This document shows positions 22,820-34,389 of a DNA stretch of 64,000 nucleotides, piece by piece (the first letter of the stretch is position 1; every line of letters begins with the position of its first letter). The notes below the pieces were generated by a model. The model searched no databases and was not told the DNA's origin. It saw only the letters and a program-made list of their open reading frames with translations. Origin of the DNA: Rebecca billardiae RCC1528. Its lineage: Eukaryota > Protista > Haptophyta. A program made the translations under genes and the position numbers. The stretch spans positions 3,844,001 to 3,908,000 of the forward strand of contig OZ251223.1 of assembly GCA_965240325.2 (NCBI GenBank), given 5' to 3'.

Positions 22820-25207
22820 ATTGACGCTCGCCAACTGTCACCGCCCATGAAGCCGTCGCCGATGGTAGCGCCGCCGGAAAAATTCGTTCAGCCGTCCGCC
22901 TGCGAGGCCTGGATGAGGGCTGCGGCCGCCTCGCGGCGCGCCAGCGCCCGTCGTCCTCGCCCCACCGTCGTCCACAAAACGTCGTCGTCCGAACTCGCCG
23001 ACTGGGCGCCGATGCGACAGCGCGCCGACAGGATGAGGATGTAGTAAGGAACGTGGAGCCCCACTGTCGGTTGGGGAAGGTGTGTATCGAGCGGCATGAC
23101 TGGGGTAGCTTATCACACAGAAGGCCTGGCCCTCAGGTGATATGTGCCCCAGTGTGGCGTGTCGGCCTCAAAGCCGGCGGCAGGGTTCTGTTGCCCGGAG
23201 CAGGGTTTGCTGGCGCATCAGCTGCGTAGTGCGTGGGCCGGGGCGTCCGGCTGTTTGCGCTTGCGGGCCGGGGCCGGCACTGATGCCACCCCGCCGCGCA
23301 TGCTGGCCTGCATGTATGGCTGCTTCAACTTATTAGTACTTAGCAGTACTTATCCTAGATCATTAACAAGTAATAATCATTGGCCCGGGCCGTCAGAGCC
23401 GCGGACCTGCTCAGTGGCAGTCCGCAGTGCTATACTCACGCGGTCGACTGGTGCTGCAGCCCTGTGACGAATGTATAGCTATCTATAAATGCAGCGGTGA
23501 GAAGGAATGATTCGCTGACGTCGGACTCAGTCGGACGGAGCCTTCATCACTCGACTTCAGACGAAGGGCCAATTATGACTGGCCCGGACCGAATAGTCGG
23601 TAGTGGGCTGCCGTAGCTATCATAGTGTGCAGGCCGAGTCTCGGTCTGCGGACGTACTGACGGTCGCGGATCCGAGTCATAGTGGCCGTCAGCCCGTGAT
23701 ACTGATAGATCAGTGGTGCGTGAATGGCGTGATGATGAATTCAGGCGCGACGGTGATCAGCGGGGCACGGCGGCAGGTCATCACTCATCGGCCGCCGCCG
23801 CCGCCGCCGCGGGCGCCCGCCGCCTGACGCCGCCGCCGCAGGCAGTTGCCAATTGACGATCTGCGCGGCTCGTCAGGCCATGGCCGGATTGCCCGGATAG
23901 CGGAGCATATCGGATTGTCCCCACTCCGACGGCTCGGACCGAAGCTCGCCGTGTCACGTAGCGCCATACTAAGTGAAGAGCACCGGGCGCCGGCCTGCGG
24001 GGCGGCGCCGGGGCCACACTGGCAGACACGAGGACCGCGGGCGGTCCGCCTGAGAGCGAGGCTCCGGTCAGTCCGCCCGAGTCATGGCTGACGATGTCAC
24101 AGTGTCAGCACGACAGCAGTAGCGCGGTGGCCTTAGGAGTGTTGACCAATAGCTACTGGCAAATATAATGATGTCACTCGATGACTCATTCTCGTCCGGG
24201 TTCGGCCTATTAATTACAGCCGCCGCGCTGCTCCAGCTAGTAGCTGCACTGACTCCGACCGTCGGCCTCGGGCCGTGATGAGTACTGTAGTTGGTGCCTA
24301 AGCAGCTATATATTTATACTGAATAATGACGCCGCGCAATGATAGTGACTTATTGAAGCCGACGAAGCTGTCGTATTGGCCGACAGTCGCGTCACAGGAC
24401 CGCCGGCCTACTAACTTATTCAGTAATATTACGGCGTGATCGGTGTATGTAACAAATAAGTGCCTGAACTGTCACAATAACGGCCGGACGAATCAGTACA
24501 GTAGCTAGTAAGTAGTGCAGCGCCAGCTGGCAACACTGCTGTCACGGTGAACATGCACTCTGATGTTAATCACCCCGGACATGGACACCCACTACCCAGT
24601 CCGTCACGACTGATCGCGACGAAGATAGCTTGATGACATATATCCGACTACGATGAAGTAGTAGTTAGGCTTCCGATCCGAGTTAAGTTAATCATACGCG
24701 CTTAATATATATATATATATTGAATAATAAAAATATCGTCGTCTCGGATCGGATATCCAGTCCGCCGATATATATATTGTCCGTCGTTACTTTCAGAGGC
24801 GTTCACTCATCCGCCAGAGAGTATTATAATATTAAGTAATAACTATAAGGCGCGGGCGTCGTATATTATTATGATTATTATTATATAATATTTAATATTG
24901 AACCGCGATCCGCGGGGCCCGCCCCGGCCCGCGACTGCTGCGGTCCGCTACCGCGCCGCGGCACGTTCAACGTTGCCCGATAAAGTGTCGGTGCTGATAG
25001 CTACCGCCCCGACGGGACGACTCAGTCGTAACTGGCGGATGGAGCCTGACCGCGCGGACCTGGCAAGTACCCCGCGGCGGAGACGCCTGACCGCTGACGG
25101 TCCGCTGGCACGTCGCGGCACGAGTGCGAGAGAGCTGACCTGGCACGACTCAGTGGGCAGCTGGCTGTCCCGCAGGCGCAGCACAGGGCTTCGGGACCGG
25201 CCGTAAA

Positions 25208-26780
25208 TCACATGCCGAGCACCTTGAGCTGCTCAAACTCGGGCAGCGGCTCAAACTTGTGCTCGAGGGCGTAACAGTCGTTCTTCTCGACACCGTACTT
25301 GATCCACCATGCATCCGTCTCCTGCGTCCGCAGATCGTCGACGCGCTTGTTTTTGTTCACTTCCCGGCGCGCCCAGAACCAAAAGTCGACTCCTTGCTCG
25401 ACCATCTGCTCGCATTGTCGCCTGCACATCTGCACCGGGACCTCTGGGTTCTGCCATGTGAGCTCGTGGTAGTGGCACTCGTACAGCATCTCGTCGATGA
25501 GCTGCACACCGCGTGTCTCGATCAGCCGGTTGAGCACGGGGATCTCCGCCCCCTCGATGTCAATCTTCATGACGACATAATCGTCGGGTTCCAAGTTGTA
25601 TCGCAGCCACTTGTCAAAGTTCATCGCCTCGATGCGCATCTCCAACAGACCTGGGGGTGACGCAGTGCATGGCAGGGGGGCACATACATGAGCGCACGGG
25701 TGCAGCCATCCGCAGGCGCGTGGATGGGCTAGGATGCGCCGGTGCCTCGGCAGCCGGGCCAGCCACTCGACTGTGCGCTCCGCCAGACGCGAGCTCACCT
25801 GCACAGGTAAGCTGAATGTTCTTCGTGTCGCCCTCGACCTTGGACTCGAGCGACACCTCCTGCACAAAGTTGTCGTCGTCACACGTGTACTTGGCCTTGA
25901 AGATCTTCCTCCAGTGGCAGCCGTCAATGTCCCCGCCGAGCTTCCACATGTCGATGCGATAGCGGCAATTCTGCTTCCCATCGCACGCTCTCCCAAGGTC
26001 CCTCGTCGTATCGTAGCCCGGGAGCTCGCAGTTACTCCCAAGCGAGGACTCGAGCACCTTGATCCCCTTGCCGCTGCCACGCTTGCCGTGGCCAGGGTCA
26101 GACTTCTCTGCCGCCTTCCGATCCGCGTCTGTGATGATGCGCGAGCCTGTACCGCGAAGCTCGAAGTTGAGGTGAGAGTCTTCCACCCACACCGCCTTGT
26201 TGTAGAAGTACGTTTCCGGCATTTTGGTGTGGTTGAAGTACTCGCCCGTCGTCAGGATCTTCTCCCAGTACGAATTGAACTCTGGGTCTGCCTCGATGAT
26301 GTACATCACGTCGAACTCGCGCACGTCGTGCACGTCAGAGGTACCGGAACCCCATTGCGACGGAGGGGTCTTCAACAGCTTCTCCTTGTTGAAGGGCCGA
26401 ATGAGCGACCACAGCGAGTCGCCGTCGCGCGCGCCAATCTCGATGAGCACTCGGCGGCCATTGCCGCGTGGCTTTGGCTCCTTCTGCCCGGGCGGCATGT
26501 ACGTCATGTCAGGCGGGTACGGGTTGATGGATGGCCTAGGTGCGGGTGGGTCGGGCGAGGACGGCGCCAGTTCAGCATCCACCATGCGCCGATGTCCATG
26601 CTGTGCGTGCGCGTGCTCGTGCGAGCCGCCCACATGCTCGTGTTGGCTTCCGACGTGCTGCTCGGCGAGCGCCTGCTCGATGGGCGGCGCCTGGCCCGGC
26701 CCACTGAGCGTCACGAACAGGGTACTGGTCAGCCATCCAGCCGCAAAGCCCAGCAGCGCGTGCACGTGCTTGCCGCGCAT
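25208..26780 (-). CDS. Type II membrane FkbM-family methyltransferase with an inserted SUEL/galactose-rhamnose-binding lectin-like domain (intron 25798-25651)
   Basis: N-terminal TM HALLGFAAGWLTSTLFVTL; VLIEIGARDGDS; NKAVW; YVVMKIDIEGAEIPVL...LIDEMLYECH. Cys-rich insert IKVLESSLGSNC...ACDGKQNC...DGC...KYTC. Confidence 0.82.
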
Positions 26781-27056
26781 CCTCCACGCAGGCAACGAGC
26801 GCGCCCAGGCGTTGGACAGCGACGATGGTGTCTCGAGTCTCGACGAACAGTCGGCGCGCTCTTGCTGTCATTTTGCCGCGGTGGAGCGAAACTCCGGACC
26901 AGCGACGGTCGGAACGACTTCAGACTGGGCAGCTGCGTGCCAAGCGGAAGGGCCTTGTGCGTGCGTTGCCGGGCGGCCGGGGCGGGCCGGGGCAAAGGCG
27001 CAAAGCTGTGAAGCCTCCCACTGCTCACCAAGGAGCGGCGGGGAAGGTCTGGAAGG

Positions 27057-28210
27057 ATGGGGCGCCACTCCAAGAACAACAATGATCGCCCCTTCTTCAC
27101 GTATCACGAGCGCCAGGCAGCGCGCAAGGGCTACGCCAGCAGCGCCTTCTACAAGCACGCCAACTGCACTTACGGTGGCGGCGAGATCAAGGTGGGAAGT
27201 GATTCGCTCCGCGACTTCGATGCGTGCTGTCTCTCGCTGCATCCGTGCCGCGACCCAGTGATCACGCCGCAGGGCTACCTCTTCGAGCGCGAGGTGATCT
27301 ACGAGTACGTCCTGCAGAAGCGCAAGGATAATGAGCGCGCGCTGCAGGCGTGGTCTGCGCAAGAAGCCAGCGACGCAGCTGGTGCCGAGGAGGCGCAGCG
27401 TGAGGCTGAGGAGCGCGCACTCCAGGCCTTCGAGAGCGGCGAGCGGGGGCTCGTTGGCGCCGCGGGGCCGAGCGCCGTCGGTCGCTCTTCACGCGCGCTG
27501 ACCACAACCACGGCTACAGGCGCCACCTCCAGCGTGCGAGGGCACGTGGTCAACGACGACGTGCGCAAGCACGCCGCCGACCTCAACTTCTGGACGCCGC
27601 AGAACGCGCCCGTCGCGGCCAAGCGTGCGGAGAAGCCGGACACGACCATCAGATGCCCAATGAGCGGCGAGCCGCTGCGGCTGAAGCAGCTGGTCACGGT
27701 CAAGTTCGCACCTGCCGACGGCAGCGACGACGCGTCGAAGCTCGAGAGCACGAAGCCCAACGAGCGCTATGTGGACCCCGTCTCGCACAAGGCGCTCGCG
27801 AACGGTAGTGAGCTCTTTGTGCTGCGCCCGAGCGGCACTGTCGTGACGAGGGCCACCATCGACAAGGCGATCAAGCAGGACATGCTCGATCCCTTCAGCG
27901 AACCGCCCGCAAAGCTCAAGGACAAGGACATCATACAGATCAAGACGGAGGGCACTGGCTTTGCCCAGCGCGGCCAGATCGAGGTGAAGAAGAAGGGAGC
28001 CATGGTGCGCACCGCGCGCCGCGACTGCGCCATGCCGTGTGCGCGAGAAGGCTGCGGCTGCGCGTGCGCGTCCACACTTTCCACACTTGATCTGTGTGCT
28101 CGCACGCATCGCCCCTGCGCACCGCGCCGCTCTCTTGTTCGTGCGATGCAATGTCCCATAGCCTACATATTGATATGATCCGCTCACAGCGGCTGACCTT
28201 CGCCGGCTGA
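27057..28210 (+). CDS. NOSIP: Nitric oxide synthase-interacting protein homolog (U-box/RING-like spliceosomal E3); intron 28005-28189
   Basis: MGRHSKNN..FFTYHER, GSDSLRDFDACCLSLHPCRDPVITPQGYLFEREVIYEY, CPMSGEPLRLKQL, EGTGFA. Confidence 0.93.
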
Positions 28211-28571
28211 TACGACGGCTCACGCCGGCCGCCGCCGCGCCCGCCGCGGCCCGCCGCCGCCGGCCCGCCACCGAACACGCGTGACCGACTGTCCGACGCG
28301 TAACTTCGATATTGATGATACCGTGTATACTGAGACTGACGAGACTCAGAAATCATCCGACTCGTCAGATGCAGTCTGACTCGCGATGCCAGACTGCCGA
28401 CTCACCGCCAGGGCACCCGCCTACGACACTGACAACGGTGACACCGGTGTAGTCGGTGATGTTACTAAGGAGACTCCAGATCCGGGACCGGGTCACGAGA
28501 CAGTCGAGACACGCAGCCGCAGGTCGCGGACGTCTGACTCTGACTCGGGCCGGGTCGACGGGTCCGAGGGC

Positions 28572-30568
28572 TCAGGCGTCGTCACCCGAGATGGTCACCT
28601 CCTGCGGCACGGCCGTCTGTTGCGGGACGATCTGTTTGAGCATCGCCTCGATGCGGCGCGATTGGTCCTCGTTGAGGGTCAGCCGCTGGTCCAGGATGCT
28701 GACGGTCTGCGCAAGCAGGTCGAGCTGACTCACGACGTGGTCCAGAGTGCTCGCGAGCTGCTCGGGCAGCTGGCTGCGGTCCAGCTCAACCGTGGGCGGC
28801 GCAGCGAGAGGCGCGTTCGGCGGCGAGAAGTCCTTGGCAGTGCCGCGCGCGAGGTCAGAGCGCGTGCCCGGGGCCCTCGTGGCGTGCACCGTCTTGCCCG
28901 CGCCCTCGTCGCCGTCGACGTGCACAGTCGGCTGCGCGATGAGCGATGCGCGCGCGGACGGCGTTGGGCTCGCGCGGCGTGCGGCCGCGCCGGCCGATGC
29001 CGGCCTACCCAGCAGGCGGCTGTCGCTGGGGACCTGGAAGCGCGGGCCACTTGCGCGGGGGGACTTGCTCCCCCGAGCACGCTCAGCGCCAGTCGCCGGA
29101 GTCGACCCCGCGCGCGCGAGCCCTTCCATACTGGCGGCCCCACCCAGCGACGCGCGCAGCGGCTCGGCGTGCAGCACAGGCGGCCCGCTGAACTCCGTCG
29201 GTGCGCTCCAAGCGTGCTTGAGCCGTGGCCCGGACGGGGTGGTCTTAGCGCCCGGCGCGTTGAGGCTCGACATGGGGACACTGCCGAGCGGCCGCGAGCT
29301 GCTCATCCCGCCGATAGGCACGTGCCCCGTCGCCACGCCCACCATGCCGCCGCCCGCACTGGGCTGCGCAGCCGCCGCGTCAAAGTTGGATCGCCACACC
29401 ATGACCTGCTGATCGTCGCCCACAGATGCGAAGAAGTCGCCCTCTGGCGCGAAGGCAGCGGCGTGCACGCCCCCCTCGTGACCGTGGATCGTGTACAGCA
29501 GCCGGCCCTCGAGCAGGTCCCACACCTTCACCGTGCTGTCCGCCGACGCCGAGAGCAGGAAGTTGCCGCTCGGGTGGAAGGCCAGCGAGGTCGCGGTGTC
29601 AGCGTGCGCCGTGTAGTGCTGAAGCAGCTGGTACGTGCGGATGTCCCACAGCTTGATCGTGTGGTCCGCGCCGCACGAGGCGACACACGTGCCGTTGGGG
29701 TGGAACGCCGCGCGAGACACGACGCCCGTGTGGTCATGGAACGTGTGCACGCAGCCGTGCTGCTCGATGTCCCACAGCTTGACCGTCTTGTCGTCCGAGG
29801 CCGAGATCACGAGCCGTCCGTCCGGGCTGAAGCTCGCTGAGCGCACCCAGTTGGCGTGGCCGGAGAGCGACAGGCGGAAGCGCTGGGATGGGATGCTCCA
29901 CACCTGCGCGAGGCATAGCGTGGGGTGGTCGTCCCGCGGCGTGCCGACGGCCTGCGGGTGAGCAGCGCGCCGAGAAGCCTGGCGGGACGGGGGGCCGCGC
30001 GCCGCTGATGCGCAGGTCGCGCCGAGCACGGCGCGCACCTTGATGGTCTTGTCATCCGACGCGGAGACGAGGTGCTGCCCATCGGGAGAGAAATCGACGG
30101 AGCGCACGCTCGCCGTGTGTGCCTTGACAACGGCGCATTCGCCCCGCACCGACGGCAGCCACAGCCTCACCGTCTTGTCTCGCGAGGCTGACGCGATGAG
30201 GTTACCGCCCGGGGAAGCGGCGACGTCGTACACCGGGCCCTGCGCGAGGCGCGCAGCGGCGCGGGCGTGCAGGCAGCCACGGTCAGGAGCACGTGAGACG
30301 TCACTCTCAGTCATCGCGGGCGACGAGCCACCCCCCCCCCCCTCGGCAGGGCCGCTGTCGCGCGGCTCCTCGCAGCGCGCGCGCGCACTTTGTGGCCGAC
30401 AAATCGGAACGCGCGCATCTGCGCCTTGAAGTTCCACACCATGACGCAAGAGTCCTGCGCGCCAGTGATAAGCTGCTTCATGTTCGGGTTGAAACAGACG
30501 GAAGTCACCGTGTCGCGGTGGCCCCTGAACGAGCGCTCGAGGCTCGGGTCGCCGACGTGCACCGCCAT
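28572..30568 (-). CDS. POC1: Centriolar protein POC1 (WD40 plus C-terminal Poc1 coiled coil); introns 30388-30240 and 30038-29904
   Basis: [26 protein letters not shown]...[10 protein letters not shown]; [11 protein letters not shown]; C-terminus [28 protein letters not shown]. Confidence 0.95.
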
Positions 30569-31180
30569 GATCACCGTGGGCCCGACCGCTGGCACCAGCT
30601 TTTGAGCCGCGGCGAGGCCGAGTTTCCTCGCAGCGCGGGCAGGCGGCCAACGGCCGCCCATCGTGAGTCCGGAGCTTTCGTCCTGCCCAGACATTTCACC
30701 GGACTGCCAAGTCCTCGCTAACGGCCGCGCCGTGGACGCGAGGCGGGGAAGCCTTTTTAAGGCTTCACGATTCGCCGCGCACGGATTGCCAGGCTGTGAC
30801 GAGTTGCGCAGATGCTCATTGGCGCTATCATGTGACGCGTCTTAGGAGTCAGAACAAATGACAACCGTCGGAGGTGAGCGTCACCGTCGGACGTCCGCCG
30901 GAGCCGCCCGTGAGCGCGGAGGGGCGGCGGCGGCTCGGAGGCGGCGGGAGTCCGCGACTGCGCGGAGTCGGATGCTGCGCCGGCGAGGGCGGCCTGTGAC
31001 ACGACGGGCACGAGAGCTCGCCAGGCTGCCGGCTCCCGAGGGCGGCTTGAGGCACCTGGGCTTGGCACGAGTAGCAGACGGCAGGTCGGCGTCGCTGCGG
31101 CTCGCGCAGCATATCCCAACTGCCATCTGCCTGCAAAAAGTGCAGCTGCTCGGCTGTCGAGCACCCATCCACGTCAGTCA

Positions 31181-32320
31181 TCATGCTGCGCCCATTGCGA
31201 GCATCGCCAGCGCTGCCTCCTCCTGAAAGGAGCGCGCAGCAGACACGGCGGCAGCCGTTGAGGGCTGCGATGTGCACGCATGCCCCGTGTCGCATGCGTG
31301 CGCAGCCTGCAGCAGCAGCTGCGCCGGCGGGGGCTGCACAGCAGTGACCGGCAGAGCGATCGTCGGGGCCGTCGCGTTTCCGAGCCCTGCGCGCGGCGCG
31401 CCGACGAGCTGCGCGTGTGGCGGTGCGCGCAGCGGCACGGCGAGCGCGGGGGGCGGGGCAGCAGCGAGCCCAGCAGCAGGCGCGTTGCCCGCGGAGGCCT
31501 TGAGCGCCTTGCTCGGCTGCTCCGCGGCCTCGAGGAGCAGGTCGATGTCGAGGCGCCGCTTGGCCGCAGGCAGCACGGCGGGGGCGGGCGTGCGGCGCTG
31601 CGCCTCGCGCTGCGCCTTCGCGGCGGCCTTCTCAGCGGCCTTCTGCTCCTGCTTCTGCTGCTTGATCGCCGGCTCGGCGAGCGCGAGCACCGCCTTCCTC
31701 TCACGCCGCTGCAGCTTGCGCTGATGTGAGTTCCAACGGTTCTTGATGGCGTTGTCCGTGCGGCCCGGCAGCAGCTTCACAATCTCCGACCACTTTGTGC
31801 CGAGCCGCGCGACCGCCTCGACGATCGTCTGGTCTTCCTGCTCGCTCCACGGCGCCTTCTGCAGCTCGGGACTGAGGTGATTGTGCCACCGCTCGCGGCA
31901 CTGCTTGCCCAGCCGGCTGCTCCCCAGCTGCGAAGCGATGAACGACCAGCGCGACGCGCCGTGCTCAGTCACGAGCTCACGCAGCTTCACATCCTCCGCA
32001 GGCGTCCACGGGTGCTTCTTGGAGTGCTTGCGCTCGCGGTCGGCGCCATCGGCGCTGTCGTCAGGTCCGAATCCGTCTGCCGCGCCACTGCTCGCCGCGC
32101 CGTCGTCCGCTCCCGCCGCAGATGTTGACGGGGACGCTGACGCGTCGGGCGTGTTCATGCCCTCGAGCGGCGAGGGCGGCTGCGACTCGGTTGGCGTGAT
32201 GTCCTCCGGGCCGAGGGGCGACGCTGCGGTGCTCGCACGAGCTGATCCCGCGTCCAGCTTCTCCGGTGACACGATCCGGAGCCCGAGGGCCGCCGCCGTC
32301 GGCCTCTGGGCCTGGCTCAT
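31181..32320 (-). CDS. R2R3 (c-Myb-like) MYB transcription factor
   Basis: PWTPAED...[14 protein letters not shown]...PWSEQED...[25 protein letters not shown]. Start uncertain (ATG 32320 preferred over 32536). Confidence 0.9.
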   Translation of the reverse strand: MSQAQRPTAAALGLRIVSPEKLDAGSARASTAASPLGPEDITPTESQPPSPLEGMNTPDASASPSTSAAGADDGAASSGAADGFGPDDSADGADRERKHSKKHPWTPAEDVKLRELVTEHGASRWSFIASQLGSSRLGKQCRERWHNHLSPELQKAPWSEQEDQTIVEAVARLGTKWSEIVKLLPGRTDNAIKNRWNSHQRKLQRRERKAVLALAEPAIKQQKQEQKAAEKAAAKAQREAQRRTPAPAVLPAAKRRLDIDLLLEAAEQPSKALKASAGNAPAAGLAAAPPPALAVPLRAPPHAQLVGAPRAGLGNATAPTIALPVTAVQPPPAQLLLQAAHACDTGHACTSQPSTAAAVSAARSFQEEAALAMLAMGAA

Positions 32321-32550
32321 CGTACAGAAGGGTAACGTTGACCCGGGCGCACGCCACGCGCGTCCTCCAGAAAGCCTCGTCCAGCCAACGCCCTGGTCCT
32401 CTTCCGGGACCGTCCTGCAGCTTTCGCTACCTGCCGCGCTAAAAAAGGCGCGGACCCACTGCTGACCAGCCGGGCGCGAGCTTCCAGCATTCGGTCGACG
32501 AAACGGGGATGCACGTTGTAGGGCGGCCGTTTGCATCTTTCCGAGGCAGC

Positions 32551-32591
32551 TGATTGGCCTTGATTGGCCCTTCCTCCCGCCTTGATTGGAC
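32551..32591 (-). promoter_or_regulatory. Triple CCAAT box upstream of the MYB gene
   Basis: TGATTGG occurs three times within about 40 bp (CCAATCA on the minus strand), about 230 bp upstream of ATG 32320. Confidence 0.55.
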
Positions 32592-32833
32592 TGTGCAAGA
32601 CTGGGAGTTAATAGAGTGCGCGCGCAAGCGCACTCTCCGGCAAAAGGGGGCTTGCAACTCTGAGCTTTGGTGCTCGAAGACTTATTCCCGGATTGTGACC
32701 CGCCGAGCCGGAACCTGGCTGAGAGTCCAGCCAAACAGCCACGGGCAGTCGGGCACTCGCCACTCCGGCAGTCGTCCGGGCACAGCGTGATCCGGCGGTG
32801 GGTAGTCAAATCCACGTAGTCACGCGACGCGCG

Positions 32834-33967
32834 CTAGAGGGGGCGAGGAAGCGGTCGCACGGACGCCGCTGGCGACCACTCGATGGCGGTCGGCGACGGC
32901 CCGCACCACGCCCACGGCGCGGTCGCCGCCACCTGCGCAGTCAGCCAGCGCACGCCGTGTGCCAGCACTGCACACACGGCGGGCTCTTGCTCGCTGCCGA
33001 CGGCGCCTGCTGCGCTGCGTGAGTCGCGCATCGCGCTCGCCGAGTACGCGCGCACGCACGCGCAGCTGTCCTCGGCGGCGCTCGGCAACGCCACAACGAG
33101 CATGCCCGACGCACCGCCGTCCCAGCAGCACATGCCCGCGGGTGTCCGCGCGCGCGCCGGGTCCGCGCCTTGCGCCGGCTGAGAAACGCTCGCGCACGTG
33201 AGCACGTAGGGAGCACCCCAGGCCGAGCCCACCTGCACGCGTCGAAGGATCGTGGCGATCATCTCGTCGGGTAGCACGCTCAGAGGGCTGTGACGGTCAC
33301 GCCGGCCAGCGAAGAGCACGCGCGCGATGTGCCACGGCGCGGGAAGTGCGTGCCGGGGGCCGAGCAGTCCGCGTAGCGCTTCGAGGGGGCGCGCGTGCTG
33401 TGCATCGCACTGGCGAGCAAGCAGCAGCAGCGGCACGCGCCGGCGATGGCGCTCGGCGAGAATGGAGGCGCGGTGGACGATGCCACGGACGTCAGCCATC
33501 TGCACGTCGTCGGTCAGGTCGACCGCGACGACGAGAGCGTCTGCCCGCCGCAGTGACTCGCTCGCCGGGTGCATGAACGCCCGCAGCGGCAGCGACGGGT
33601 TGAACGGATCACGCAGGTCGCCGCACTGCACGAAGCGCAGGTCGAGGTCGAGGCGTGCGCGGCCGGCAGCACGCTCGAATGAGATGAGTGTCCTCACGCA
33701 TGTGCTATCCTGCTCCCCGAGGTTGACTATCGGCACGAGCGCCTGCCGGCGCACATAGCCCAAGTTGCGCAGCACACTCATGCCCGCTCGCGCGACTGCC
33801 GAGAAGATGCGCCCTGCGACGCGACGGACGAGAAGGACGCGCGCAGCGCAGACAAAGACGACGATCAGGGACGCGTACCGCGTTTGCGCGACCGCCCCGC
33901 GGCCGACGCTCGGATGCGGGGCGATGGGGGATTGAACACCCTGCTCGGCCAGCAGGGGCGACGCCAT
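32834..33967 (-). CDS. Divergent ARF/ARL-like P-loop fold protein (probable pseudo-GTPase) with N-terminal TM and an F-box-like segment
   Basis: ADALVVAVDLTD, VPLLLLARQCDAQHA, SASA...LAHGVRWL follow the ARF C-terminal half. G1 and G3 are absent. SPLSVLPDEMIATILRRV is F-box-like. Confidence 0.6.
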   Translation of the reverse strand: MASPLLAEQGVQSPIAPHPSVGRGAVAQTRYASLIVVFVCAARVLLVRRVAGRIFSAVARAGMSVLRNLGYVRRQALVPIVNLGEQDSTCVRTLISFERAAGRARLDLDLRFVQCGDLRDPFNPSLPLRAFMHPASESLRRADALVVAVDLTDDVQMADVRGIVHRASILAERHRRRVPLLLLARQCDAQHARPLEALRGLLGPRHALPAPWHIARVLFAGRRDRHSPLSVLPDEMIATILRRVQVGSAWGAPYVLTCASVSQPAQGADPARARTPAGMCCWDGGASGMLVVALPSAAEDSCACVRAYSASAMRDSRSAAGAVGSEQEPAVCAVLAHGVRWLTAQVAATAPWAWCGPSPTAIEWSPAASVRPLPRPL

Positions 33968-34389
33968 GCTGCCGATGTGATGCGAGCAAGAGCAGAATTG
34001 CCAGCAGACTTCTGGGGGTTTGTATCTGGGCGGCTGTAACGCTCCTCGGAGAGTCTCACAGCCAGTCATCTCGTGGAGGCGACGACGACCCTGAGTGACT
34101 GGTGCGTCTTTGACCTTAGCCCGACCGGGCGGACCGCGACTGAGTCTGACGTACTGACCGTCGCCCGTCGGTCACTGTCACTGACGACTAAAACCAGGTT
34201 ACCGGCAGTCGGCACGGGACCGGTCACACTGTCTGACACTCGGAGCCGGTGCGGTGGCGGTACCGTCGGAGCCGGAGGAGGGCGTCACTCCGATGCACGG
34301 GCACATCACGCACGAGACGCCCGGCGGCAGCTCCACCCCTGCTCACAACGGCGGCGCTGGCAGCACACCCGCAAGGCGCCGTCGATCGA

